Shown: positions 1-10,587, counted from the stretch's first letter. The stretch is DNA of 64,000 nt from an uncultured Bacteroidota bacterium (GCA_963700635.1 CAVOYH010000003.1:352001-416000); one strand, 5' to 3'. The notes: generated from the letters alone by a model not told the origin. Numbers and translations: made by a program.

Positions 1-1
1 C

Positions 2-424
2 ACCCGTCCGGATCATCAATGGAACGGCGCCTACCCGGCATGGCCGCCGCAGGCCTTGCTCGCACTCTATCGCGCCGGACATGCTGATCTTGCATTTCAA
101 TGGATGAAAGGACTCGCTCGCTCGGCGAATCAGGGACCATTCGGACAGGCACATTTTGTCGACCCCATCGTCCCTCCTGATTCCGGTGGCGCCCGGAAAG
201 CTCCCATTGATTTCCCCTATATCACGGACTGGACCGTTTCCAGTGGAGGCAGCTGGGTAAGTGCGATTATCGAAGGACTCTTTGGCGTACAAGCTCCACT
301 TCAGGGACGCCTTCAGGCTGTACCCGCATTCGGTTCTTTTGATCCCAAAGCAGAGCTACGTAATCTCGCGTACCAGGGAAAACTCTATCATGTATCCCGC
401 GCCGGCGTGCGGGAAGCAGGATGA
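2..424 (+). CDS. C-terminal part of a probable glycoside hydrolase, (alpha/alpha)6-like; 5'-truncated by the window edge
   Basis: The frame is open from base 2 (TRPDHQWNGAYPAWPPQALL...). Its stop overlaps the GH38 start. Sugar-locus context; family not assignable by eye. Confidence 0.55.
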   Translation, partial: TRPDHQWNGAYPAWPPQALLALYRAGHADLAFQWMKGLARSANQGPFGQAHFVDPIVPPDSGGARKAPIDFPYITDWTVSSGGSWVSAIIEGLFGVQAPLQGRLQAVPAFGSFDPKAELRNLAYQGKLYHVSRAGVREAG

Positions 425-3327
425 ATACACCATCCATAGAGCTTGTTGTTACGCCATTGCCCTTCCTCCGCCGTCTGGATAACGCCTTGCTCCAGGCGGT
501 GCGCGTGCGTTGTATTGACCCGGACCAACCAACACCTTCTCCATGGGTGCTGAATGTTCAACGCGGCTCATGGAACAAGTCGTTTCCCATCAACGGCGTA
601 GAAGATGCAGTTATCTTCATGCCTGAAGCGGAGACGGCTCTTGAGACGATATTCACCGCGGCGCGTGGGGAATCACGGACAACAAGAACGGTCCGGATAA
701 AACCCGTCCGCCGCTGGACGATCCACCTTGTACTCCATTCCCACACGGACCTGGGGTTCACCGACCCTGTGTCAGATGTCGCACGCCTGCACTGTGAGAA
801 CACCGATCGCGCCATAGAGTTTTGCCGGGAGACGGCTCATCTACCCGAAGGGGTGCGCTTCAAGTGGACGTGCGAGGTAACGTGGCAGGTTCAGAATTAC
901 CTGCGGGACCGCCGGCCGGAACAGGTGGCACAACTGATGGACCTTGTCCGGAATGAGACCATGGCCATCGGTGCGATGTACAGCGGCGAGTTCACAGAAA
1001 TGCTCGGCCATGAAGAAGCGGTACGGTGTTTCGCCTATGCCGGATATCTGCGGCGCCAGTACGGGGTCCCGTGTGATACGGCGATGCTCTGCGATGTGCC
1101 AGGGTGTACCGCAGGCTTCATTCAGATTATGGCAAAGTCCGGGATCAGGTCATTAATCATTGCAGACAACAACTTTATGGCGCCGTTCCTGCCTCGCACG
1201 GACCTCCCCCGCCCGTTTGTCTGGACCGGCGCTGACCAGAGCGAGGTCCTGTGCTGGTTCACAGACCATCCCTTTTATGCCTACGTCGAGGGGGAACACT
1301 ACGGTTTTCTGGAGGACAGGCAAACAGTGGAAAAAATGCTCGGGGAAAAATTGCTCTCTCTTGAGCATCAGGGGTATCCGTATGACCGGTTCCAGATCCA
1401 ATATGCATTCGACAACGCTCCCATCAAGTTTGTCCCGGCGCAGATCGTCCGGGAGTGGACAGAACAATGGGAATATCCCAGGATTCTGCTCTCTACAGCC
1501 CGGGAATTTCTCGGATCAATACGTCGGGATTCTTTTGCACGGCTGCCGAGACGTTCCGGCGATTGGACTGATTGGTGGGGGGGGATTGTCACCGGATTCC
1601 CCGCTGAGGAGATGCTCTGCCGCCAGTACCACCTCGTGACCCCGGCAGTTGAGACACTCTCTGCAACACTGTCACTCCGGACTCCCGGCGCTCCTCTCCC
1701 CGATCCACGTATCGCACGGGCCTATGATGGTCTCCTCGCTTTCGATGAGCACAGCGGCAGCGGGGTCATCTGGCAGCCCAAGAGTCGTGCGGATCAGGAC
1801 CGCGCTCTCCGTGAAGGATTCGGCTTTCTGCATTCGGCAATTGCAGAGGTTGATGCGGTTCAACGCGAAGCGCTTGACGTTCTCTCAGCCCGTGCTGCCC
1901 CACCCGGGCTCCAACCATATGTCGGGATATACAACCCGTCCGGTGTTTTTGTCTCGCGGGAGGTTGACGTCTCTTCTGAAACCGGAACCCCTGTTCACAT
2001 CCGTGCGCGTCATGTCCCGCCCTACGGGTACAAACTCTTCCCGTGCAACGAGGCACCTGCGCCCCTTCGCTCGGAGGGGGACGACGTACGTGTAACAGCG
2101 CTCCAGGACCGGCTCCGGATTAGCACTCCCTCGTGTGCCATGGAGATTGATACCATAACCGGGCGCTGGACGTCGTTCCGGGACGGTGCCACAACTGAAG
2201 AGTATGTTGCACAGGGCGCTGCACTCAATTCGCCGGCAGTCTATCTCGTGCGCCCGGTCCACCCGTTTGAACTGGGCAGGTACATACCGGAGTTGTATGA
2301 CGGCACTTCACACCCGGGTGATTTCCTTCCGTGGCCACCGGCTTCCCGCGCACTGGTCTCGTGGGACAAGACCCCGGCTGGAGCGGTCCGTTGCCGGGTG
2401 GAACACAGCGTGGACGGCTCTCCCTGGTTATCGCAGGAGTATTACCTCAGCGCGGATGTACCGGGAATTTCCATCACCACCACACTCCTCCGGACATGTG
2501 TATCCAACCCCGGTCTCAGAGATACGCTGCGGGGATTTCTCCACCCCGGGGGAATGCTGTATATCTGTTTTCCCTTCGCACTTGCCAACGCAATGTTTGA
2601 GTATGAATCCACCGGCTCAATTCTGCAGCCCCCCGCGGACCAGTTTCGAGGTTCGTGCCTGGACTTTCTCGCCATCCAGCGATGGTGTGCGCTCCGTGGT
2701 CCGCGTAACAACATTCTTGTAACGGTCCTTGACACTCCCCTGATGGATCCTGGCTCTGTGGGACTCCACAAATTCAAGACGCAGTCAGATGCCGACCCCT
2801 CAGCGCTGTTTTTCCGGGCGGTGACGCTGCAGGACTGGGGGAGCGCAGATGAATCACCGTACACGCGTGACCGGGATTTGGTGTTTCGCTACAACATCTG
2901 CATTATTCCCACGGAACCCGGCGCCGATCCGGCTGCGTCGTTCCGCATGAACGCACACCGGCAGGCTGTACAATGTACAACACCCTTGCTGATCTTCACG
3001 CCGGCCGGGCACCAATCCACAGAGGTTCACGAAGCAGAACATCGGTATATTTCCGTGACACCCGAAAATGTGGAACTGATGACGTTTAAGCCGGCGGAAT
3101 CGGGCCAGGGATGGATTGTTCGCCTGCGCGAAGTAACAGGTGTGGCAAGCACTGCACAGATAAGTTTTCCCGGGTACCACATCCGATCCTGCCATTCAGC
3201 AATGATGACGGAGGAGAAGGAGAGTGCTTCTCCGCACAGCAAAACGGAGATCGTGGTTTCCTTCGTGCCGTTTGCCATTCGTACGCTCCTTGTCGAACTC
3301 GAGCCACAGAGACCCCATGCCCGGTGA
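421..3327 (+). CDS. Glycoside hydrolase family 38 (alpha-mannosidase-like)
   Basis: HSHTDLG Zn motif, WTCE, CDVPG nucleophile region, FDEH motif, and C-terminal FKPAE...VRLRE...PFAIRT. No signal peptide seen. Confidence 0.85.
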   Translation: MNTPSIELVVTPLPFLRRLDNALLQAVRVRCIDPDQPTPSPWVLNVQRGSWNKSFPINGVEDAVIFMPEAETALETIFTAARGESRTTRTVRIKPVRRWTIHLVLHSHTDLGFTDPVSDVARLHCENTDRAIEFCRETAHLPEGVRFKWTCEVTWQVQNYLRDRRPEQVAQLMDLVRNETMAIGAMYSGEFTEMLGHEEAVRCFAYAGYLRRQYGVPCDTAMLCDVPGCTAGFIQIMAKSGIRSLIIADNNFMAPFLPRTDLPRPFVWTGADQSEVLCWFTDHPFYAYVEGEHYGFLEDRQTVEKMLGEKLLSLEHQGYPYDRFQIQYAFDNAPIKFVPAQIVREWTEQWEYPRILLSTAREFLGSIRRDSFARLPRRSGDWTDWWGGIVTGFPAEEMLCRQYHLVTPAVETLSATLSLRTPGAPLPDPRIARAYDGLLAFDEHSGSGVIWQPKSRADQDRALREGFGFLHSAIAEVDAVQREALDVLSARAAPPGLQPYVGIYNPSGVFVSREVDVSSETGTPVHIRARHVPPYGYKLFPCNEAPAPLRSEGDDVRVTALQDRLRISTPSCAMEIDTITGRWTSFRDGATTEEYVAQGAALNSPAVYLVRPVHPFELGRYIPELYDGTSHPGDFLPWPPASRALVSWDKTPAGAVRCRVEHSVDGSPWLSQEYYLSADVPGISITTTLLRTCVSNPGLRDTLRGFLHPGGMLYICFPFALANAMFEYESTGSILQPPADQFRGSCLDFLAIQRWCALRGPRNNILVTVLDTPLMDPGSVGLHKFKTQSDADPSALFFRAVTLQDWGSADESPYTRDRDLVFRYNICIIPTEPGADPAASFRMNAHRQAVQCTTPLLIFTPAGHQSTEVHEAEHRYISVTPENVELMTFKPAESGQGWIVRLREVTGVASTAQISFPGYHIRSCHSAMMTEEKESASPHSKTEIVVSFVPFAIRTLLVELEPQRPHAR

Positions 3328-4495
3328 TCTGTCATTCAAGAGACTGTTGTCGTCGGTGTCGGAAGCTCCATCTTCCGATGCCAGATGCCGGATCATAGAC
3401 GACTATATTGCTGCCCGTGCGTATCCGGTGTTCGAGGATGATAACACCGTTCTTTTGTTGTATCGCGGCGACGTAAGCGGTGTTTCTCTGATCGGTGACA
3501 TGACAGACTGGCTCGATCGGCTTCCTTTCACGCGTGTTCCGGACACGGATCTGTTCTGGTTGCAGGGGCGTTTCGAATCCGATGCGCGCCTCGAATACGT
3601 GCTGCAGACATCCGAATCGGAAACACTGTGTGTCGATACCCTCAATCCATACCGTGTGCACGGATTTGTTCTCAACGCCGAATTGGCCATGCCACACTAC
3701 CGCCGGCAGCCGGTATTCGAGGAATTCAGGGATGGGCGCAAGGGAGGATACGAGTTACTCCGGGAGTACACGCTCCCCGCGGGCGCGCTCCCCTATCCTC
3801 ACACCGTCCACATCTACCTTCCGCCGGACTATGACGCACAGACAGAGCGATATCCGTGCGTGTATTTTCAGGATGGCCGCGACTATATTGAATATGGCAT
3901 GGCTCCCCTCGTACTTCATACCCTGATCACACAACGCCTGATTCCTCCGGTCATAGGGGTTTTTGTGACCCCTCCGAATCTGCATCTTCCGCAGAAACCC
4001 AACCGGACTACCGAGTATGGGATGAATGCCGCGTATGTCTCTTTTTTCACGGAGGAATTGCGGTCATGGACCGATGCGCATGTACGCACAGTGTGCGACG
4101 CGTCCGCACGTCTGGTGGTGGGCGATTCGTACGGGGGGCTGATTTCGGCAACCATCGGTCTCCGGTCCCCGGATGTGTTCGGCATGATCTATTCACAGTC
4201 CGGATATATGTCGTTTCAACATGACCGCCTGCTCAAGGAGATTTCCGGCGCGGATACGATACGGGGCCGGTTCTACCTGGATTGTGGAACATATGAGCGG
4301 CGCGTCGCCCGGGGCATTATTCCCGATGCGGAAGGAGATTTCCTTGCGGCAAACCGTCGTCTGGCTGAGTTGTTGCGTCAGCGCGGCGCCGATATCGTGT
4401 ATCGCGAATATCCCGAAGGACACACGTGGGGCAACTGGCGCGGCCATCTTCATGAAGCTTTGATCCATTTCCTTAACCGGGAAAGGCCGGCGTAA
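3317..4495 (+). CDS. Alpha/beta-hydrolase esterase (enterochelin esterase-like) with an N-terminal Ig/CBM48-like domain
   Basis: IYLPPDY, YFQDG, GDSYGG nucleophile elbow, GHTW catalytic His. ATG 3317 overlaps the GH38 end and is preferred over 3224. Confidence 0.85.
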   Translation: MPGDLSFKRLLSSVSEAPSSDARCRIIDDYIAARAYPVFEDDNTVLLLYRGDVSGVSLIGDMTDWLDRLPFTRVPDTDLFWLQGRFESDARLEYVLQTSESETLCVDTLNPYRVHGFVLNAELAMPHYRRQPVFEEFRDGRKGGYELLREYTLPAGALPYPHTVHIYLPPDYDAQTERYPCVYFQDGRDYIEYGMAPLVLHTLITQRLIPPVIGVFVTPPNLHLPQKPNRTTEYGMNAAYVSFFTEELRSWTDAHVRTVCDASARLVVGDSYGGLISATIGLRSPDVFGMIYSQSGYMSFQHDRLLKEISGADTIRGRFYLDCGTYERRVARGIIPDAEGDFLAANRRLAELLRQRGADIVYREYPEGHTWGNWRGHLHEALIHFLNRERPA

Positions 4496-4498
4496 GAG

Positions 4499-5422
4499 AT
4501 GAAACTACGATTCGGGATGGATTTCGGGGGGACAAATTTGAAGGCGGGTGTGTTTGATCAAGACGGGCGTGCCCTGGCCTTTCACACAAAACCCCTGAAA
4601 GACTGTGTGGCGTCGGGATCACTACTCGCCTGTCTCCTGAGGGTCGCAGAAGAGACAATCGAAGGGCACCCGGTCATTGGGGGAGGACTTGCCATTAAGG
4701 GGCTTGTGGATAGTGAGACCGGCACGGTGCATAACGATATTGGAGCGGGAAATCTGCTCGCACACATTCCGCTCCGCGAAACGTTCTCCGCACATCTCGG
4801 AATCCCCTTTGCGGTGGACAATGATGCACGGGCCTACGCATGGGGAGAATGGCGGTTCGGTGCCGGAAGGGGTGCCCGGACGATGGTGTGTATGACTCTC
4901 GGTACCGGGCTGGGCTGTGCCGTGATCTCCAACGGGTCACCCTACACAGGTGTTAATCAGTATGGAGGCCTGCTGGGCGGACATCTGAGTATCGACCGCC
5001 AGGGACCGTTATGTCCGTGTGGCCACCGGGGATGCCTGGAGCTGTACTGCTCTGCACCGGCAATGAAGCGGCGAATCGCCCGGGCACATCCGGAACTCGG
5101 GAGCGGATCTCCCGATACACTGGAACGTTTTTTCGATGGTGTGCGAAAAGGACTGCAGGCATACACAGAAACATACAATTCGATTGTTGATGATCTCGCC
5201 ACCGGCATTGTGAATATCGTTCACGCATACGCGCCCGACAGAGTTGTTCTGGGAGGCGGAGTATTAAAAAGTGCTGATGTCCTGCTTCCGTCCCTGACAG
5301 CACTCGTGCATCAGCGCGCATGGACATTTCCACGCGGGATGGTAACAATAGCCGGAGCGGCACTGGGCGACACCGCCGCCGCGGTCGGCATCGCTTTTCA
5401 TCACCACCTTGAACACCTGTAA
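4499..5422 (+). CDS. ROK family sugar kinase
   Basis: DFGGT, NDA, LGTGLG, and the GH..CPCGHRGCLE Zn motif. No HTH. Confidence 0.9.
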   Translation: MKLRFGMDFGGTNLKAGVFDQDGRALAFHTKPLKDCVASGSLLACLLRVAEETIEGHPVIGGGLAIKGLVDSETGTVHNDIGAGNLLAHIPLRETFSAHLGIPFAVDNDARAYAWGEWRFGAGRGARTMVCMTLGTGLGCAVISNGSPYTGVNQYGGLLGGHLSIDRQGPLCPCGHRGCLELYCSAPAMKRRIARAHPELGSGSPDTLERFFDGVRKGLQAYTETYNSIVDDLATGIVNIVHAYAPDRVVLGGGVLKSADVLLPSLTALVHQRAWTFPRGMVTIAGAALGDTAAAVGIAFHHHLEHL

Positions 5423-5441
5423 AGGAGTCTCTTCCGGCTTT

Positions 5442-7281
5442 ATGCAATCACCCGATCCGTTTCTCGCCCCACTGCCAGCTGACATGAAGGAGTTCCCCCG
5501 GGGACTCTACAACCCCTTTCCGGTTTTCCACCCGAAACATGCGGGGATTGAGAAAGGTTTTACACCTCTTGCCGGCCGCATCCGGAGCGCCATGGAGCGC
5601 GGAATGCGTGTTTTGGCGATCGACGGTTACAATGGCATTCAGTGGGAGCTTTTCAGGAAGGGGCTGGAGTCGGCACTGAATACCTCAGGCATCTTTCCGG
5701 CTTGGCATATCATGGATGATTGCCTGAAAGCTCCCGGTACGATCCGTGACCATCTTGCACCCTTCCTTGGCGGGGATGATCCCTTGTTCGGCCGCCTTTA
5801 TCCGTTCGGTCCCGATCACCTGTTTGATCCTCAGGCAGTCGCCCGGCTGCGCACGATTGTCTCCCTCGCCCGCGCCGAAGCGGTCGGGACGCTTACGATC
5901 GTCAGCGGATGCTGCGCTGGTCTGCTTGAACTCTGGGATGAGCTCTGGTACCTCGACATCCCGAAAGACGTGATACAGGAGCAGGCACAGGAGCGGCCTG
6001 GTGCGGAACCTGGGCGAATCGGAGATCCTTCCAATTGGTGATTTTTACAAACGCTCCTATTTCGCCGACTGGCCTATGCTCAACCGGCTCAAACGGCGTT
6101 TGCTGCCTGATATCGGTTTGATTGTTGACTTCCAGGACGCCGCGTCTCCGTCGGCAATGGACGGTGAGGACTTTCGTGCCACGTTACATGAACTGAGCGA
6201 GTCACCTTTCCGCGTCCGCCCCTGGTTCTTCCCGGGACCGTGGGGAGGACAATTTATGAAGGGGCACATGGGGTTGGATCCATCCCAGCCAAACTATGCC
6301 TGGTCGTTCGAACTCATTGTGCCGGAGAATGGCATCACACTCGAACACGATGGCAGACGGCTGGAGTTTTCGTTTGACTTCCTCATGTACAGCGAATATC
6401 GCCGGGTGCTAGGCGAAGAAGCGGCACGACAATTTCTCTATGAATGGCCCATCCGGCTGGACTACCTTGACACCATCGATGGGGGACACCTTTCGACACA
6501 ATGTCATCCCCGCCCGCACTACATCCGAAAAGAATTTGGTGAAACGTACACCCAGGACGAGACCTATTACATCGTCAACGCAAAACCCGATGCAAGGGTA
6601 TTCATCGGCGTCACGGAGAATTGCGATCCAGCGGCGTTCCGGAGGGTTCTGGAGGAATCAGTACAAAACGACATGCCCGTGAACATCGACCGGTACGTGC
6701 ACAGCGAACCGAGTAAACCCCATGATCTCTTTTTGATCCCAAACGGCACGGTCCATTGCAGCGGACGCGGGAATCTGGTTCTGGAAATCAGTGCGACAAC
6801 GTACGTTTTTACGTTCAAAATCTATGACTACCGGCGAAAAGATTTGAACGGCAACCTCCGTCCGATCAATGTGGATCGGGCATTTGACAATATACGGTTT
6901 GAACGGCGCCCGGAGTGGGTACGCAACAATCTCCTTGCACAACCGCGTTTGCTGCGCGAAGAATCCGGATGGAAGGAATATGTGCTCATGGACAGGCCGG
7001 AGTTCTTCTATAACATCCACCGCCTGGAGTTCACGCAGGAGTGCACATTGTCAACGGATGGACGCGGGTTTGCCGCGAATCTTGTGGAGGGCGAACGTGT
7101 GTCTGTTATCGCAGCAAATGGCAACAGCTACGATCTTGCCTATCTGGAATCCATGATCATTCCTGCCGCGGCAAAAGATGTCCGGTTTGTTAACAGGGGA
7201 GGCCGCCCCTGTAAGGTTGTTATAGTCTTTGTGCGACGGGGTGTGGGGCACACCCTCCCATGGAATTCTCCCGCAACCTGA
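5442..7281 (+). pseudogene. Class I mannose-6-phosphate isomerase (long form), split by a +1 frameshift near 5988 into ORFs 5442-6041 and 6001-7281
   Basis: The downstream ORF has PGPWGG, LSTQCHP, QDETYY, GTVH and LEIS cupin/Zn motifs. Removing one base at about 5988 gives a continuous KDVIQEQARSGLVRNLGE. May be a sequencing indel. Confidence 0.75.
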
Positions 7282-7290
7282 CGGACTACC

Positions 7291-8349
7291 ATGTACTGGC
7301 TCTGGGATCCGGACCCCGTTGCTTTTGTACTCGGGGATTTTGTTATCGGTTGGTACGGCATTCTCTTTGCGCTCGGTTTTCTGTTTGCCCAGCGGCTGGT
7401 GATCTTCATGTACCGGAAGGAGGGGAAACCCGGCAGGGATCTTGACGCGCTTCTGATCTACCTCATCATCGGAACAGTGGTCGGGGCACGGCTCGGGCAT
7501 TGCCTCTTTTATGATCCGCAAATCTATCTCCGGAATCCCCTGTCGATCCTGAAGATCTGGGAGGGTGGGCTTGCCAGCCATGGCGCTGCTGCTGGTCTCC
7601 TGATCGCCTGTGCAATCTTTGCACGCCGGAAAAAGGATCAGCCGTTTCTCTGGCTGGTTGACCGCATTACCATCGTCGCTGCACTTGTGGGATCGCTGGT
7701 CCGGATAGGCAACTTCATCAACTCCGAGATTATCGGCACGCCGACCGGTCTTTCGGCGGGAGTGGTGTTCCTGTCGCCCGTGCGTACGGTGATCACCGGA
7801 AGCGGGATTCCCGTCACAGCGATCAACGTCGGTCACACGGACCCCACGCACACCCCCCCCGGGGGCATCGTACCCGTTCAGATGAGCTTCTCTTTTCCTC
7901 CGGACGCCATATCAACGGCACAAAACCGCCGACACATCTTCACTACCCTTCAGAGTCTGCTGCAGACACATCCGGCCTCCAGGATTCATTTGCTCGATAT
8001 CGGATTTCCGGATACTGCCCGCGCGGACCCTACCGGGAACACGGCCATTACCATAACCGCACTTGCCATAGCCAGGCATCCGGTCCAGTTGTACGAGGCC
8101 GCTGCCTATCTGACAATATCTTTGGTACTTTTTCTGATCTGGTGGCGGCATAAATCCGCGCTTGCCCATGGTGCCCTCCTGGGCTGGCTCTTTGTGTCCC
8201 TTTTTAGCTCCCGGTTCTTCCTTGAGTACCTCAAAGTGGCGGTCACACCGATAGAAGTCGGACTGCCGGTGACGATGGGACAGATACTCAGCATTCCCTT
8301 TGTGGGCATCGGGCTCTGGCTTGTCCTCTCCCGGAGGACCGCTTCTTGA
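7291..8349 (+). CDS. lgt: Prolipoprotein diacylglyceryl transferase
   Basis: WYG, GARLGHCLFY, WEGGLASHG, RIGNFINSE, RHPVQLYEA and RFFLEY motifs; multiple TM segments. Confidence 0.95.
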   Translation: MYWLWDPDPVAFVLGDFVIGWYGILFALGFLFAQRLVIFMYRKEGKPGRDLDALLIYLIIGTVVGARLGHCLFYDPQIYLRNPLSILKIWEGGLASHGAAAGLLIACAIFARRKKDQPFLWLVDRITIVAALVGSLVRIGNFINSEIIGTPTGLSAGVVFLSPVRTVITGSGIPVTAINVGHTDPTHTPPGGIVPVQMSFSFPPDAISTAQNRRHIFTTLQSLLQTHPASRIHLLDIGFPDTARADPTGNTAITITALAIARHPVQLYEAAAYLTISLVLFLIWWRHKSALAHGALLGWLFVSLFSSRFFLEYLKVAVTPIEVGLPVTMGQILSIPFVGIGLWLVLSRRTAS

Positions 8350-8461
8350 ACTTTCTCTTCCAGCGCTGAGACCGGACATGACTATATTCGGACCATCCCA
8401 TATCGTGTACGCACACGTTCCTCGCTCCATCAACGATTTCACAGCATAGGGGAGGGCACAC

Positions 8462-9556
8462 GTGAATCCTGAACAGCAAAGGCCACTGATCGTGACGGGC
8501 GCCAGGGATCTGGGACCGCAGTTCACGCAGAATGCACACCGCATGATAGGTCAGGACGGCGCCTACTCTATTCCCTGCGGAGAACAGGTATTGTGGTACT
8601 TCGGTGACACACTCACCGGGAAGCGCACGCCGGGAGAAAGTCTCTGGTATCCCGGCGGCAATCCGGTCGGTCCCCACGACATGTCCGGCAGACGGGGCAT
8701 TGAACGGATGCTCAACAATACCGGCCTTCTCCTTCCCTATCAGGACGCACAAGACGGTCTGTCGGATTTCCGTTACATCTGCGACGCACACAACGCTCTC
8801 CGCACCCTCATCCCTCTCGAAGCAGACGAACACCCGGACAAACACCGCGTGTGGTGCCTCCATGGTATCTGTCTTGATGCCAAAGTCGTGCTCTACTTTG
8901 TGAAGGTGGAGATGCTCGCCGATGGGCCGTTCCCAGTAAACTTCCGGATAGTCGGATCAGGTATGGCGACAGGAAATTCCACAGAGTGGGTATTCCGGAG
9001 AACGTACAGGGATACTTCGTGCATACTCTGGGGGGAGCATGAGCCACATTTTGCCACGGCGGTCTTGCGGTCAGAGAACGATGGTTGGATCTATCTGTAT
9101 GGATCCAGGCAGGATTCTTCAGGGACTCAATCAGCATACCTTGCCCGGAGCCGGCCTGAACACATCGATCGTGCGGAATTGTATGAATACTGTGTATCGT
9201 CCGGCCCCTCCTGGAGCCCTTCAGTACAAGCCGCCGTTCCCGTATTTCAGGATATGCCAAACGAACTGTCCGTATCCTTCAACAGGCACCTCGGCCGGTA
9301 CCTCGCAGTACATTCTCTGGGGCTGACCGGTGATATTGTCGCCCGTACCGCGCCCTTTCCCTGGGGACCATGGAGCTCACCGACCGTACTATGGAGCGTA
9401 CGACCGGTCCGTGAACGCCCTCTTCCGTATCCGCCGCTCGTGTATGCCGGCAAGGAACACCCGGAGTTAGGTCGTCAGAATGGTCAGGTGCTGTATATCA
9501 CCTATGTAGAGTTCGAAGAGTACTTTCCCCACCTTGTAGAGGTGACGCTCGCCTGA
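8462..9556 (+). CDS. DUF4185 family beta-propeller protein (GH183-like glycoside hydrolase candidate)
   Basis: GQDG, WYFGDT, IYLYG, LAR, ELSV, A.FPWGPWS and YAGKEHP pattern. GTG start with GGGGAGG RBS. Confidence 0.7.
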   Translation: MNPEQQRPLIVTGARDLGPQFTQNAHRMIGQDGAYSIPCGEQVLWYFGDTLTGKRTPGESLWYPGGNPVGPHDMSGRRGIERMLNNTGLLLPYQDAQDGLSDFRYICDAHNALRTLIPLEADEHPDKHRVWCLHGICLDAKVVLYFVKVEMLADGPFPVNFRIVGSGMATGNSTEWVFRRTYRDTSCILWGEHEPHFATAVLRSENDGWIYLYGSRQDSSGTQSAYLARSRPEHIDRAELYEYCVSSGPSWSPSVQAAVPVFQDMPNELSVSFNRHLGRYLAVHSLGLTGDIVARTAPFPWGPWSSPTVLWSVRPVRERPLPYPPLVYAGKEHPELGRQNGQVLYITYVEFEEYFPHLVEVTLA

Positions 9557-9582
9557 AGGTTCGGAGGGCGGGCCCGTCTGTT

Positions 9583-10560
9583 TTAAGAAGAAAGCTCCTG
9601 CTCCTCAACAAGCTCGGGGTGAGTTCCGGGGGCCGTGCGGGTCCTGAGATACTCAAGAGCCGAGAGAGCTGCGACTGTGCCGTCTGCCACGGCTGTGGTA
9701 ACCTGCCGGTAACGTTTAACGAGTGCGTCGCCTGCCGCAAAAACGCCCGGCACATCTGTTTCCAGCAGTGTGTCCGTAATGATTTCCCCGGCTTCGTTCA
9801 GTGCCACTTTGTCGCGCAACGATTCGGTGTTGGGGACATACCCTACAAACACAAACACTCCGTCAATGGGAACTTCGATGTGTTCCTTCGTCGTCACGTG
9901 TTCGATACGAACGTGTTCCAGTGCTCCCCCGCCGGAGAATTCTGAAATCCGCGATTCCATCAGAAAGCGGATTTTCGGGTTGGCGCGCGCCTCTTCGATG
10001 GCATGCGGGAACGCCTGGAAGTGGTCAAACTGATGCACGATCCTGACGGACCGCGCATACTTCGTGAGCGCGACAGCCTCTTCGAGCGCTGAATTGCCTC
10101 CCCCCACAACGATAATATCCTTGTCCTGAAAAAAATCCCCGTCACAGGTTGCACAGTATGAGATCCCTTTCCCCTTCAACCGGTCTTCACCGGGAACGCC
10201 AAGCGTGCGGGAGCGCCCCCCGGGGGCAAGGATCACCGTATGCGCCAGATAACGGTCTTTTCCGTTCACTTCGACACTCTTCACTTCGCCCCTGAGATCC
10301 AGGTCTGTCACTTTCACGTTTGTCCGGATGGTACATCCGAACTTCTGGGCTTGATTCCGCATTACGGTGGCGAGCTGATACCCTGAGGTGCTTTCAACGC
10401 CTGGATAATTGGCAATCTCGTGCGTGAGTACCAGTTGTCCACCCGCCGTGCCGTCGTTCAAAATCAGTGTCCGCGCTTTGGCCCGGGCCAGATAGATGCC
10501 GGCCGTTAGCCCGGCCGGTCCGGCTCCAATAACAATCACATCGTACGTGTTTGTATCCAT
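9583..10560 (-). CDS. trxB: Thioredoxin reductase-like flavoprotein
   Basis: GAGPAG, NYPG, CATCDG redox motif, GGGNSA, GVFAAGD. Confidence 0.92.
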   Translation of the reverse strand: MDTNTYDVIVIGAGPAGLTAGIYLARAKARTLILNDGTAGGQLVLTHEIANYPGVESTSGYQLATVMRNQAQKFGCTIRTNVKVTDLDLRGEVKSVEVNGKDRYLAHTVILAPGGRSRTLGVPGEDRLKGKGISYCATCDGDFFQDKDIIVVGGGNSALEEAVALTKYARSVRIVHQFDHFQAFPHAIEEARANPKIRFLMESRISEFSGGGALEHVRIEHVTTKEHIEVPIDGVFVFVGYVPNTESLRDKVALNEAGEIITDTLLETDVPGVFAAGDALVKRYRQVTTAVADGTVAALSALEYLRTRTAPGTHPELVEEQELSS

Positions 10561-10587
10561 GGTGTGCCACTGTTCCTGACTGCTTTT

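Noticed and set aside
8378-8461. In-frame ATG and TAG upstream of DUF4185 (stop readthrough or recoding)
   Set aside because: GTG 8462 has its own strong RBS, the upstream peptide is not signal-like, and TAG acts as a normal stop elsewhere in the window.
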